This document shows positions 19,385 through 28,531 of a DNA stretch of 64,000 nucleotides, piece by piece. The stretch is from Promethearchaeota archaeon (GTDB taxonomy: Archaea > Asgardarchaeota > Lokiarchaeia > Sigyniarchaeales > SOKP01), in the NCBI GenBank assembly GCA_048940645.1, contig JBHLOI010000006.1:32001-96000 (forward strand), given 5' to 3'. The notes under the pieces were generated by a model. The model ran no database searches, was not told the DNA's origin, and saw only the letters and a list, made by a program, of their open reading frames with translations. Made by a program: the position numbers and the translations under genes. Position 1 is the stretch's first letter; every line of letters starts with the position of its first letter.

Positions 19385-20320
19385 TTAATCGTTAATATCA
19401 ATCATAAATTGAGCCAATTTCTTCTTTTTATCCAAATTTTCCATTATTGTATCAAAACAATAAGTTTTTATATCTAGTTCTTCTATTTTTGATTTTAAAT
19501 AACAATCCTTATCATCAATTATAAAATGACCTAAAATATCTTGATAATATTTTGCAACACCTATACATGAGACTTCTAAACCGAGGTATTTCATCAATTT
19601 ATCAGCTGGACCTTTAATTGTTTTGCCTTCTATTATTGGTGATATGGCAAATACTTTATCTTTCACTTTACTCAAGGTTTCTTTGATTCCTTTAACTTGA
19701 AGAATTGTCCCTATTGATACTATTGGATTTGATGGGCTTACTATTATTCTCCTTGCTTCTTTAATATATTTCAAAACAGATTTTACTGGTTTTGCCTCAT
19801 CAATTCCCTTAAATTGTATACCCTTAATTTCAGGTTCAGAATTATGCTTTATATAGTATTCTTCAAAATTTATTGATTCCGAACCTATGTTGATAATTGT
19901 CTGAACATCTTCATTACACATAGGGATAAGATGAGCTTTTATTCCTAATTTCTTACTAATCAATAAAGTAACTTCTGCCTTAGTAAATCCTTTTTTAAGT
20001 AAGTCTGTTCGAAAAAGATGGGTTGCTAAATCTTTATCACCAAGATTAAACCACTTAAATTGATAATATTTTTTTAAAATACTCAAACAATTAAATGTTT
20101 CATTAAAGTAACCCCATCCCTTTCCTCTATCTACTATATTTGCTAATGTGTAAGTAATAATATCAATATCTGGGCAAATTTTTAAACCGAATAAATCAAG
20201 ATCATCACCTGTATTTATTACTACTTTAAGCTCTTCTTGAGGAATTACATTTGACAGACCATCAATAAATTTTGCTGCACCAACCCCACCAGCTAGCACT
20301 AAATAGAAACGATCTTTCAT
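19385..20320 (-). CDS. cofD: 2-phospho-L-lactate/PEP transferase (F420 synthesis)
   Basis: LAGGVGAAKF, INTGDD, ICPDID, WFNLGDKDLATH, PSNPIVSIGTIL, KGPADKLM. Confidence 0.95.
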   Translation of the reverse strand: MKDRFYLVLAGGVGAAKFIDGLSNVIPQEELKVVINTGDDLDLFGLKICPDIDIITYTLANIVDRGKGWGYFNETFNCLSILKKYYQFKWFNLGDKDLATHLFRTDLLKKGFTKAEVTLLISKKLGIKAHLIPMCNEDVQTIINIGSESINFEEYYIKHNSEPEIKGIQFKGIDEAKPVKSVLKYIKEARRIIVSPSNPIVSIGTILQVKGIKETLSKVKDKVFAISPIIEGKTIKGPADKLMKYLGLEVSCIGVAKYYQDILGHFIIDDKDCYLKSKIEELDIKTYCFDTIMENLDKKKKLAQFMIDIND

Positions 20321-20335
20321 CTTGACTATATTTTA

Positions 20336-21742
20336 CTATTTTAAATTATATATTATATCCTCTAATCTCTTTCTTTTTGGAACAGAGGGTGTTTTTTTTG
20401 AATATCCTGTGGTGAAAAAGGCAATTGGATAATAAGATTCTGGTAAATTTAACACTTCTTTCACAGTATGCTTAGCAAATAATGGAGCACAATACCAACA
20501 TGCCGCTAAACCTTTGGATTCAAGAGCTAACAATAAATATGTCGCTGATGCGCTAACACTTTGAATCTGCATAAAAAACTCATTTTGATTACGATCAGGA
20601 TCAGGATATTTTTCAAAATTAGGCTTATCTAAACAGAGTAAAATTAAGTAGGGAGCGTTCAAGAACTGATTTTTTGTTCTTTCAATTTTACTTTTTATGA
20701 AAGTATTTGATTTGCCATCATTCAATAAATCTCTACGTAATTTTTCATTCATTTTAGTAATTAGAGCTATGCGAAGCTTGGATTTTTCCAAAATAATATA
20801 CCGCCAAAACTGTCCATTATGAGCACTTGGAGCCCAACGAGCTATATCAATGCATTCTTCGATCAAATTTTTATCAACATCTTCCGAACTAAATTCTAAC
20901 TTATAACTTCTTCTTGATTTTAAAAGTTCAACCAAATATCCTTCTGAAGCTTTTTCTCTAAATAAGTCCAGATTTTTATCTCTTAAAATTGCTGAAATAG
21001 ATGTTTTTTCCACAAAATCAAATTCATAATTCCTAATTATTACAACAGGTAAACCTTCATCAGCTTCTCCCATAACTAATTGAGCTGCTGATGCCAAATT
21101 ATCAACCTGCCCTATAATTGTGCTTTGTAACTCATATCCAAATAAATCTTTTTCACCCTTTTTATCTAAAATTGGTTTAATTCCAGAAATTCCTAATGCT
21201 ACTCCTATTGCTCCAACCCTGAAAGGACGTCCAAAAGAATCAGAAATAATTATAGCTAAATCTTTACCAGTTAATTTCTTTAGAGAAGAGCGTATCTTAT
21301 TTGCTTCTTCATCAGGATTTTCTGGTAATAAGCTTATATTATTCTCTCCCTCAATATTGGATTTATCAATACCTGCATTTGCACAAACAAATCCGTGTTT
21401 AGTTTCAACTATTAAAACATGCTCAGTTTTTAATATGGCTTCTGATTCATCTAAAATTGCTTGAATAAGTTCAGGGCTTTTTATCGGTATATGGACTTTT
21501 TTTCCTTTTGGAGTTATTCTATTGTAAATGTCAATTGCTTTTTTACTTGGAATAATTTTTTTTAAATCTCTAATTCTTCCATTGCTCTTTGAGATAATAG
21601 TTTGAGCTATGACAAGAATATCTCCATTTTGTAATGAAATATTATTTTCATTTAATTTTTTAAAAATTATTTGGGCAATATTATCTCCCACTTTTATAAG
21701 AGGAAAATTCTTTAATCCTATTAACTCGATTTTTTTATTCAT
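20336..21742 (-). CDS. cofE: F420-0:gamma-glutamyl ligase fused to a C-terminal nitroreductase domain (FbiB-type)
   Basis: N-domain CANAGIDKSN, LLPENPD, IISDSFGRPFR, MGEADEGLP; C-domain SRRSYK, WAPSAHNGQFWRY, GLAACW. Confidence 0.93.
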   Translation of the reverse strand: MNKKIELIGLKNFPLIKVGDNIAQIIFKKLNENNISLQNGDILVIAQTIISKSNGRIRDLKKIIPSKKAIDIYNRITPKGKKVHIPIKSPELIQAILDESEAILKTEHVLIVETKHGFVCANAGIDKSNIEGENNISLLPENPDEEANKIRSSLKKLTGKDLAIIISDSFGRPFRVGAIGVALGISGIKPILDKKGEKDLFGYELQSTIIGQVDNLASAAQLVMGEADEGLPVVIIRNYEFDFVEKTSISAILRDKNLDLFREKASEGYLVELLKSRRSYKLEFSSEDVDKNLIEECIDIARWAPSAHNGQFWRYIILEKSKLRIALITKMNEKLRRDLLNDGKSNTFIKSKIERTKNQFLNAPYLILLCLDKPNFEKYPDPDRNQNEFFMQIQSVSASATYLLLALESKGLAACWYCAPLFAKHTVKEVLNLPESYYPIAFFTTGYSKKTPSVPKRKRLEDIIYNLK

Positions 21743-22805
21743 GATAATAGTTAAATTCTTTATATTTTTTCAAATCAAATTCTTTACTTTTAGCATACTT
21801 TTCAAACTTTTCAGGTATTGCACAACAAGCAGAAAAAAATTTAAACTTCATATCGGGATATTTTTGCTTTAACCACTTTAAAGTTTCAATAGAAGGAATT
21901 TCTATTCTCGTTATTCCAGCCAAAATTGCAGATTTTTCGATTTGGGTTTTTATTATTCCTCTTGGTCTCATACACCCAAGAGAAATTTCTGTTTTAGGGA
22001 AAACAAACCTAATTATTGCAATTACTTTTGCTATATCAATTGGATTGAGTCTAATAAACTTAGTCTTAGATTCTTTAGGTGGGATTAATGCAATTAAAAC
22101 AATCAAAGAAGGATTCATTCCAGATTCTTTAAGAAATTTTATTGCCTCCAATTCTTTATGTATTTTCCCATAAAATAACCCAATACAAATATGAGGTACG
22201 ATATTTAAATTATACTTCTTTAGATACGCAATAGAATTTTTATAATCTTCAGGATCTTTACTTAAATGGTAAATCCTTTTGATTACTTCCTCATCCATAG
22301 TTACATCGAATGAGACAATATCTACTCTTGCTTCAGCTAACTTTTTAGCAGTTTCTTCATTTAATAACCCTGTATGTGTATTTATTATCAAATTTGTTTT
22401 ATCCTTTATTAACCTGATTGAATCCAGGAATTCTAATAAAGGAACAGAACCGTCTGGCTCACAGCCTCCTGATATTAGTGCACCAACTCCTCCGTTTTCG
22501 TAGTGATTGAATAAAAATCTCTCTAAATCATCTTTATTAAGGGCTTTTTCCATTCCTTTTAGATACTTCTTGTTACAATGCTCACATGCTAAAGCACAAT
22601 CGTCTCCAGTTACACTAATAGCTGGAAATCTCTTGTTTGGAATATATATCTTTATTTGGTTGCCAAAATTCTCATTTTTCAATTTTAAGGCAAGTTGTAA
22701 AAAATGATTTATATTATTCGTTTTTAAATCTATAAACTTTGAGTAATCAGACCAAGTGGGGTTTCCATTTTTAAATTTATCTAATAGATTTTTCGTTTTA
22801 CTCAT
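21735..22805 (-). CDS. lipS1: Radical SAM lipoyl synthase subunit, LipS1 type
   Basis: CALACEHC (CX3CX2C), GCMR and C-terminal CC (SACCA) motifs; adjacent to a lipoate ligase-family gene and the partner radical SAM gene. LipS1/LipS2 naming follows recalled motif assignments. Confidence 0.8.
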   Translation of the reverse strand: MSKTKNLLDKFKNGNPTWSDYSKFIDLKTNNINHFLQLALKLKNENFGNQIKIYIPNKRFPAISVTGDDCALACEHCNKKYLKGMEKALNKDDLERFLFNHYENGGVGALISGGCEPDGSVPLLEFLDSIRLIKDKTNLIINTHTGLLNEETAKKLAEARVDIVSFDVTMDEEVIKRIYHLSKDPEDYKNSIAYLKKYNLNIVPHICIGLFYGKIHKELEAIKFLKESGMNPSLIVLIALIPPKESKTKFIRLNPIDIAKVIAIIRFVFPKTEISLGCMRPRGIIKTQIEKSAILAGITRIEIPSIETLKWLKQKYPDMKFKFFSACCAIPEKFEKYAKSKEFDLKKYKEFNYYHE

Positions 22806-23577
22806 ATTTCTTTAACCAATTATCCTTAAAATATTTCTCCATCATTAATTTTCTTGCTAAATTTAACTCATTTTCAGTAAAGTTACCTTCTTCCAGTTTT
22901 ATTCCTAATGTGGATTCAAATCCCCTTTTCAAAGAAGATAATAAATCACTTTCGTTGTAATTTTGGAGTTGGTCCCTTATACCTACGCATTTAGAATAAA
23001 CAGATCTAACCATTTTTGATTTTGATACATTATGAGGAGCTTTTAATACAGAATACATTAATTCAGGATTAATTTCTAACAGAATAGTTCCATGTTGCAG
23101 GAGATAACCCTTCTTTCTTACTTGAGCATTACCAGAAAATTTTTTACCATTTAAAAATATCGCAGGGCAATGTATAATACCCTTTTCTGGTTTTAATCCA
23201 TAGTCAGTTAATCCGTTTACTATGCCTGTTTCAATTATTTCAAATTGCTCAATCACCTTTTTAGCATTAAGTTTTTCTAAGAATTTAAGTGAACAAATGA
23301 TTGAATAAGTAATTTCCCCAAACTCATCATGAAAAACAGCTCCACCTCCAGTGATTCTCCTAACGATATTGAAGCCATTTTCTTTCACAACATTCAAATT
23401 TACCTCTGCCGAAAGACTTTGATTTATACCTATTGAAACTGTTGATGGTTTCCATTTATAAAATCTAATCGTATAATATGAGTTTCTATTTATTACTGAC
23501 CTCAAAATTGCTTCATCTAAAGCCATATTCCAATAACCATTTTTAGTTTGCAATGGTATAAATCTCCATTTTTCCAT
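22798..23577 (-). CDS. Lipoate:protein ligase / octanoyltransferase (LplA/LipM family, catalytic domain only)
   Basis: NMALDEAIL, VRRITGGGAVFHD, GKKFSGNAQ, LLQHGTIL. No C-terminal LplB domain. Confidence 0.92.
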   Translation of the reverse strand: MEKWRFIPLQTKNGYWNMALDEAILRSVINRNSYYTIRFYKWKPSTVSIGINQSLSAEVNLNVVKENGFNIVRRITGGGAVFHDEFGEITYSIICSLKFLEKLNAKKVIEQFEIIETGIVNGLTDYGLKPEKGIIHCPAIFLNGKKFSGNAQVRKKGYLLQHGTILLEINPELMYSVLKAPHNVSKSKMVRSVYSKCVGIRDQLQNYNESDLLSSLKRGFESTLGIKLEEGNFTENELNLARKLMMEKYFKDNWLKKYE

Positions 23578-23583
23578 GATTCT

Positions 23584-24585
23584 TCACAATATAAATTTTA
23601 AAAGTGAATGATAAATCTCTTCTTGCTCTGTTATATTTAAGCCTCGAGGGTAATTATAAATTGGTCCAGAAGGTTTTGATGTATAATAAGGACGATTACA
23701 ACCAGGACATCCACTTGTCATAAAGGCATTAGAATTTTCAATTATATTTTTCAATTCCTTCTTATTTAAGTTAAATTTAATTATATCTCCTTTCGAATTA
23801 AAGGTAAAATCTTTCAATTCTTTATTCTCATTGATTATCAAATATCTCCCAAGTTGGATTTTCCTAAATATTACAATTTCAGGCTTTGAATTACTCTGAA
23901 GTATTGTTCCCTTTATAGGTGTAAAAGCAAAAAGGCTTACCTTGATTTTTAAATTATGTAATCTTTCAATCAGTTCTAAAACCTGTTGCGGAGTTTCTCC
24001 TAACCCGATTATTAGATGAGTGGTTACAAAACCTACTGAAAATATTTCTAATGCATCATTTAGGCTTTGAAGGTGCAAATTCCAATTATAGGGTCCACTT
24101 ACACCTTTTCCCTTTACTTTTTCAAAAATCTCTTCTGTAGAACCATCTAAAGCGATTCCAACTCTCTCAACGCCAATTAATTTCAAATCTCTTAGCTTGC
24201 TTTTTGGCATAGGAGGTATTGCAATCGAGAGAGGAATGTTTGAATTTTTCTTAATTTTAGTTATAATTTCTACTAAATCCTCAAAATTTTGATCATAATT
24301 TAGTGTTTGTATACAAATCCTCTTAAACTTTTTATGAGGAGGCATATAATTTAATTTTGTTAAAAATTCCTTAAATTCAAAAATTGGCCAAGTTATTCGT
24401 GATAAAAACTCTATAGAGCCTTCCGACTCTCTAGCTTGAGGGCAAAATCCACAATTTGCTGTACAACGCCCTTTAAGGTATGTCATAACGTAGCAAGTAG
24501 TTGGTTCGATATTAAATTTATTACTTTGAGATAATCCTAAAACTACAGCACTTCCAATTGAAACTCTAATTTTTTCAATAGTCAT
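23584..24585 (-). CDS. lipS2: Radical SAM lipoyl synthase subunit, LipS2 type
   Basis: CTANCGFC, LSRITWP and the C-terminal TSGCPGCNRP motif (TxGCPxCNRP). Confidence 0.8.
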   Translation of the reverse strand: MTIEKIRVSIGSAVVLGLSQSNKFNIEPTTCYVMTYLKGRCTANCGFCPQARESEGSIEFLSRITWPIFEFKEFLTKLNYMPPHKKFKRICIQTLNYDQNFEDLVEIITKIKKNSNIPLSIAIPPMPKSKLRDLKLIGVERVGIALDGSTEEIFEKVKGKGVSGPYNWNLHLQSLNDALEIFSVGFVTTHLIIGLGETPQQVLELIERLHNLKIKVSLFAFTPIKGTILQSNSKPEIVIFRKIQLGRYLIINENKELKDFTFNSKGDIIKFNLNKKELKNIIENSNAFMTSGCPGCNRPYYTSKPSGPIYNYPRGLNITEQEEIYHSLLKFIL

Positions 24586-24711
24586 TAAGCTTTCTCCAGT
24601 TTATAATTATGTTAATTTACAATAAATTTAATCTCTATTTCAAAAAAAATTTAATGAATAAATTATTCAAAATAATATTTAGCAATTTTAAATTAAATAT
24701 GGTTCATTTCT

Positions 24712-27498
24712 ATGGTTGAATACGATCCCCCCAAAATTGAGAAAAAATGGCAAGAAAAGTGGGAAAAGAGTAAAATATTTGAGGTTAAGGAAGATTTAGC
24801 TAAAAAAAGCCTAAAATATTATGTTCTTGAAATGTATCCGTATCCATCATCTGAATTACATATGGGACATTTAAGAAATTATTCTATTGGGGATGCTTTT
24901 GCGCGTTATAAGAGAATGTGTGGCTTTAACGTTTTGTATCCTATGGGATACGATTCTTTTGGCTTACCAGCTGAAAATGCTGCCATAGATCATGGAGTAG
25001 ATCCTAGAGAATGGACTGATTCGAATATTAATGCTATTCAACAACAACAAAAACGTATAGGACTTTCATATGACTGGACGAGGATGATTTATAGCCATGA
25101 TCCAAATTATTTTAAGTGGGACCAATGGTTTTTTTTAAAAATGTTTGAAAAAGGTTTAGCATATAGAGAAAAATCTTATGTAAATTGGTGTCCTGATTGT
25201 GCTACAGTGCTTGCTAACGAGCAAGTTCAAGGAGGAAAATGTTGGAGATGTAATACAGATGTCGATCAAAAGTTTCTCACTCAATGGTTTTTAAAAATAA
25301 GAGCTTATGCGGAGCAATTACTCGAGGGTTTGAATATAGTTGATTGGCCAGAAAAAGTGAAATTAATGCAATCTAATTGGATTGGAAAATCAGAAGGGTC
25401 AATTATTAAATTTACAATAGAAGGAGAAGAACGCACTATTGATATTTTTACAACTAGAGCAGATACATTATTCGGTGCTACATTTATGGTCTTCGCACCT
25501 GAACATCCATGGATTAGAGAATGGGTAGAAAACACTGATTATTTTGAAGAATTTGAGCAATTTTATGCAGAAGTAGCAAAACAGAATAAATTTGAAAGAA
25601 CTGATATTGATATTGAAAAAAAAGGGATGTTTATTGGTAAGTATGCTTTAAATCCAATAAATAATGAAAAGCTGCCTATTTATATTGGAAATTTTGTCAT
25701 CTATGAATATGGTGCTGGTGCAGTCATGGCTGTTCCTGCCCATGATCAAAGAGATTTCGAATTTGCTAAAGAATATAATATTCCAATCAAAGTAGTGATT
25801 CAACCATACGATTATAAATTAACTCCTGAAAAGATGACTAGAGCTTATGTAAGTGATGGAATTTTATTTAATTCTGGTGAGTTTAATGGTATGGAAAATA
25901 GAAATGCAATAAATGCTATTACTGAAAAATTAGCTCAATTAGAAATGGGTTTTAATACTATTAATTATAAATTAAGAGACTGGCTAATTTCACGTCAGAG
26001 ATACTGGGGTTGCCCAATACCTATTATTTATTGTGAAAACTGCGGAACTGTTCCTGTACCTTATGAAGCTTTACCCGTCAAACTGCCAACAGACGTTAAA
26101 TTTACAGGTAAAGGAAATCCATTGAAAACAAGTAAAATTTATGCTAATGTGAACTGTCCTAAATGTAATAAACCCGCTAAGAGAGAAACTGATACAATGG
26201 ACACATTTATTGATAGTTCATGGTACTTCTTTAGATATTGCGACCCTGAATCAAAAGATCTCCCATATAGAAAAAACCTTGTAGATTATTGGGGTAATAT
26301 TGATCAATATATTGGTGGAATAGAACATGCAGTTATGCATTTATTATATGCTAGATTTTTTACTAAAGTTGCACGAGACTTAAATTTGCACTCTCTTGAT
26401 GAACCCTTTCAAAGATTATTAACTCAAGGTATGATCAATAAACTACACCCATATTGTCCAATGTGCGAAGCATTTGCAATGAAAGCAGATATGAATAATA
26501 AAGAATGTAAACGATGTGGTACAAAATATATATTAAAAAGTGTAAAAATGAGTAAAAGTCTGGGAAATACCGTAGATCCTATCAGTATAATGGATAAATA
26601 TGGTGCTGATGCAGCAAGATTCTTTATATTATTTGGTGCTAGTCCAAAGTCAGGACTAGAATGGTCAGATGAAGGTGTTGATTTTGCATTTAAATTTATT
26701 AAGAAGTTTTTCACATTAATGTGTGAACCCCTAGACAAAATTAGAAAAGAGAGAAATATAAGAGACATTCTAATTGAATATTATTTAAATAAGACCATTA
26801 AAAGTGTTACTGAAAGCTTAAGCAAAATTGCGATAAGGGATTCTATTAATGAAATTATTCAACTTACATCAGAATTGAATAAATATAAACTTGAAGGAGT
26901 AAACAAAAAGATTTTTGAAATCTGCAAAACTAATTTAGTAAAATTATTACATCCAATTGCTCCTCATATCTCTGAGGAGATATGGGAGATTTTAGGAAAT
27001 AAAAGTTTTTTAAGCTTAACAACATGGCCCTCATACGATGAAAATATTTTAACTGTTGAAAATGACTATAAATGGAAACTTCTAAATAATACAATGGATT
27101 CAGTGAATCATATTTTGCATATTATCAAGTTAAATAACATTAAAGAGATATCAATTATCGTCGCTGAAGATTGGAAGCATAGTTTAATTTCAGATTTACT
27201 AGAATTAATTGAAAATATGGAAAATCATAACCAAATCATAAAAAAAATAATAAAAAATGAAGATTATAAGAAATATGGTAAATTCATCTCCAAGATAGTA
27301 GAAAACGCATTAAAAAATCGTGGTAAATATATGAGATCAACCCTATCTGCTGATGAAGAATATAATTTTTTTACCGATATAAAGTCGTTATTTGAAAAAA
27401 AATATCTCTGCCCCATTAATGTATTGCATGAAAGAGATTCACATGAAAAAAAGGCAATTCAAGCTTTACCTGGAAGACCTGCTATTATTTTAAAATAA
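24712..27498 (+). CDS. leuS: Leucine--tRNA ligase (bacterial-type core, archaeal-type C-terminus)
   Basis: YVLEMYPYPS-LHMGH, GYDSFGLPAENAAI, FTTRADT editing domain, LRDWLISRQRYWG, YIGGIEHA, KMSKS; ends ALPGRPAIILK. Confidence 0.97.
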   Translation: MVEYDPPKIEKKWQEKWEKSKIFEVKEDLAKKSLKYYVLEMYPYPSSELHMGHLRNYSIGDAFARYKRMCGFNVLYPMGYDSFGLPAENAAIDHGVDPREWTDSNINAIQQQQKRIGLSYDWTRMIYSHDPNYFKWDQWFFLKMFEKGLAYREKSYVNWCPDCATVLANEQVQGGKCWRCNTDVDQKFLTQWFLKIRAYAEQLLEGLNIVDWPEKVKLMQSNWIGKSEGSIIKFTIEGEERTIDIFTTRADTLFGATFMVFAPEHPWIREWVENTDYFEEFEQFYAEVAKQNKFERTDIDIEKKGMFIGKYALNPINNEKLPIYIGNFVIYEYGAGAVMAVPAHDQRDFEFAKEYNIPIKVVIQPYDYKLTPEKMTRAYVSDGILFNSGEFNGMENRNAINAITEKLAQLEMGFNTINYKLRDWLISRQRYWGCPIPIIYCENCGTVPVPYEALPVKLPTDVKFTGKGNPLKTSKIYANVNCPKCNKPAKRETDTMDTFIDSSWYFFRYCDPESKDLPYRKNLVDYWGNIDQYIGGIEHAVMHLLYARFFTKVARDLNLHSLDEPFQRLLTQGMINKLHPYCPMCEAFAMKADMNNKECKRCGTKYILKSVKMSKSLGNTVDPISIMDKYGADAARFFILFGASPKSGLEWSDEGVDFAFKFIKKFFTLMCEPLDKIRKERNIRDILIEYYLNKTIKSVTESLSKIAIRDSINEIIQLTSELNKYKLEGVNKKIFEICKTNLVKLLHPIAPHISEEIWEILGNKSFLSLTTWPSYDENILTVENDYKWKLLNNTMDSVNHILHIIKLNNIKEISIIVAEDWKHSLISDLLELIENMENHNQIIKKIIKNEDYKKYGKFISKIVENALKNRGKYMRSTLSADEEYNFFTDIKSLFEKKYLCPINVLHERDSHEKKAIQALPGRPAIILK

Positions 27499-27659
27499 GA
27501 AAATTAGTATATCAAAAGAAAAAAATATTTAAAATTCTTTTGTTTCACCAATTATCACATAGATATTAACTCAATTAATTTAAATATTTATACTTAAATC
27601 ATTATTAGTAGATATACCATAAATTAATTGATGAAAACTTATTATTAAAATCAACAATT

Positions 27660-28517
27660 ATGACCTTTTATGAACTTTCAGTTATAACTAATACGGGATT
27701 TCCTTATTACCACTTAAAGGTGAAAGATCCACCGAAAAATGTAACACTATTTTTAAGATTTTTTGATTTTTCCGAAAACAAATCAGAGCAAGTCTTAAAT
27801 TTAGACCCTCTCAGTTCTTTTGAACTTAATGCGGGTCTTGCTTCTGCCTTATTTGAATTTGCGCGTAATTTAGATAAAAAAATAGAAATTCTTGAATTTA
27901 ATTCAAATAAAAAAGCTAATTATTCTAATGAAGATTCAAAATATAATGGAGATGTATTGATAACTACTCAAACAGAACCTTATTTGTTACATAAATCAGT
28001 TCGTCAAAAAATAAAGCTAATTTACAATTTAATTATAGGAGACAAAGTTCCTCTTGACTCAGCATTAGAAATTTTACAAAATGAGGAAGATCTGATTCTT
28101 GATATATTAATGGATAAAGAAGCAAGAAATCGAATTCAGGCTAATAATAAAGAAATATCAAAGCTAGGAAATGATCTACTCAGTGAAATGAAAGGTTACG
28201 GTCTTAATGGAATATGTATTACTTCATTTGATTTATCACCAATTATTGTATTTGGAAAAAAATATACTTTGAATGATCTTAACACAATTCTTAGGCATAT
28301 AGGAATTTTTCCTGAAATATCTCCTATGGAATGGATCTATAGGCAGTCTTATCTTTCACAAGAGCAAATATGGGTTTACATTATTAAGTCAGGAGTAGGA
28401 CCAACAGTTAATGGGCTGTTTGAATCATATTTTTATCTCTTATTCTCTGAACCCCAATCATACTTAGGAGAATTTCCTGGAACATTAGCCACAAAATTTA
28501 ATCAAATACTTGGATAA
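27660..28517 (+). CDS. Hypothetical protein, probable longin-like N-domain plus roadblock/profilin-like C-domain
   Basis: YELSVITNTGFPYY hairpin and AGLASALFEFA helix resemble Asgard longins; second alpha-beta-beta-alpha unit GLNGICITSFDLSPI. The fold call is inference. Confidence 0.55.
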   Translation: MTFYELSVITNTGFPYYHLKVKDPPKNVTLFLRFFDFSENKSEQVLNLDPLSSFELNAGLASALFEFARNLDKKIEILEFNSNKKANYSNEDSKYNGDVLITTQTEPYLLHKSVRQKIKLIYNLIIGDKVPLDSALEILQNEEDLILDILMDKEARNRIQANNKEISKLGNDLLSEMKGYGLNGICITSFDLSPIIVFGKKYTLNDLNTILRHIGIFPEISPMEWIYRQSYLSQEQIWVYIIKSGVGPTVNGLFESYFYLLFSEPQSYLGEFPGTLATKFNQILG

Positions 28518-28531
28518 ATTTTATAAAACTT

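Noticed and set aside
21735-24585. Annotation of the two radical SAM genes as biotin synthase (BioB)
   Set aside because: The GCMR/CC and TxGCPxCNRP motifs and the intervening lipoate ligase-family gene fit LipS1/LipS2 better.
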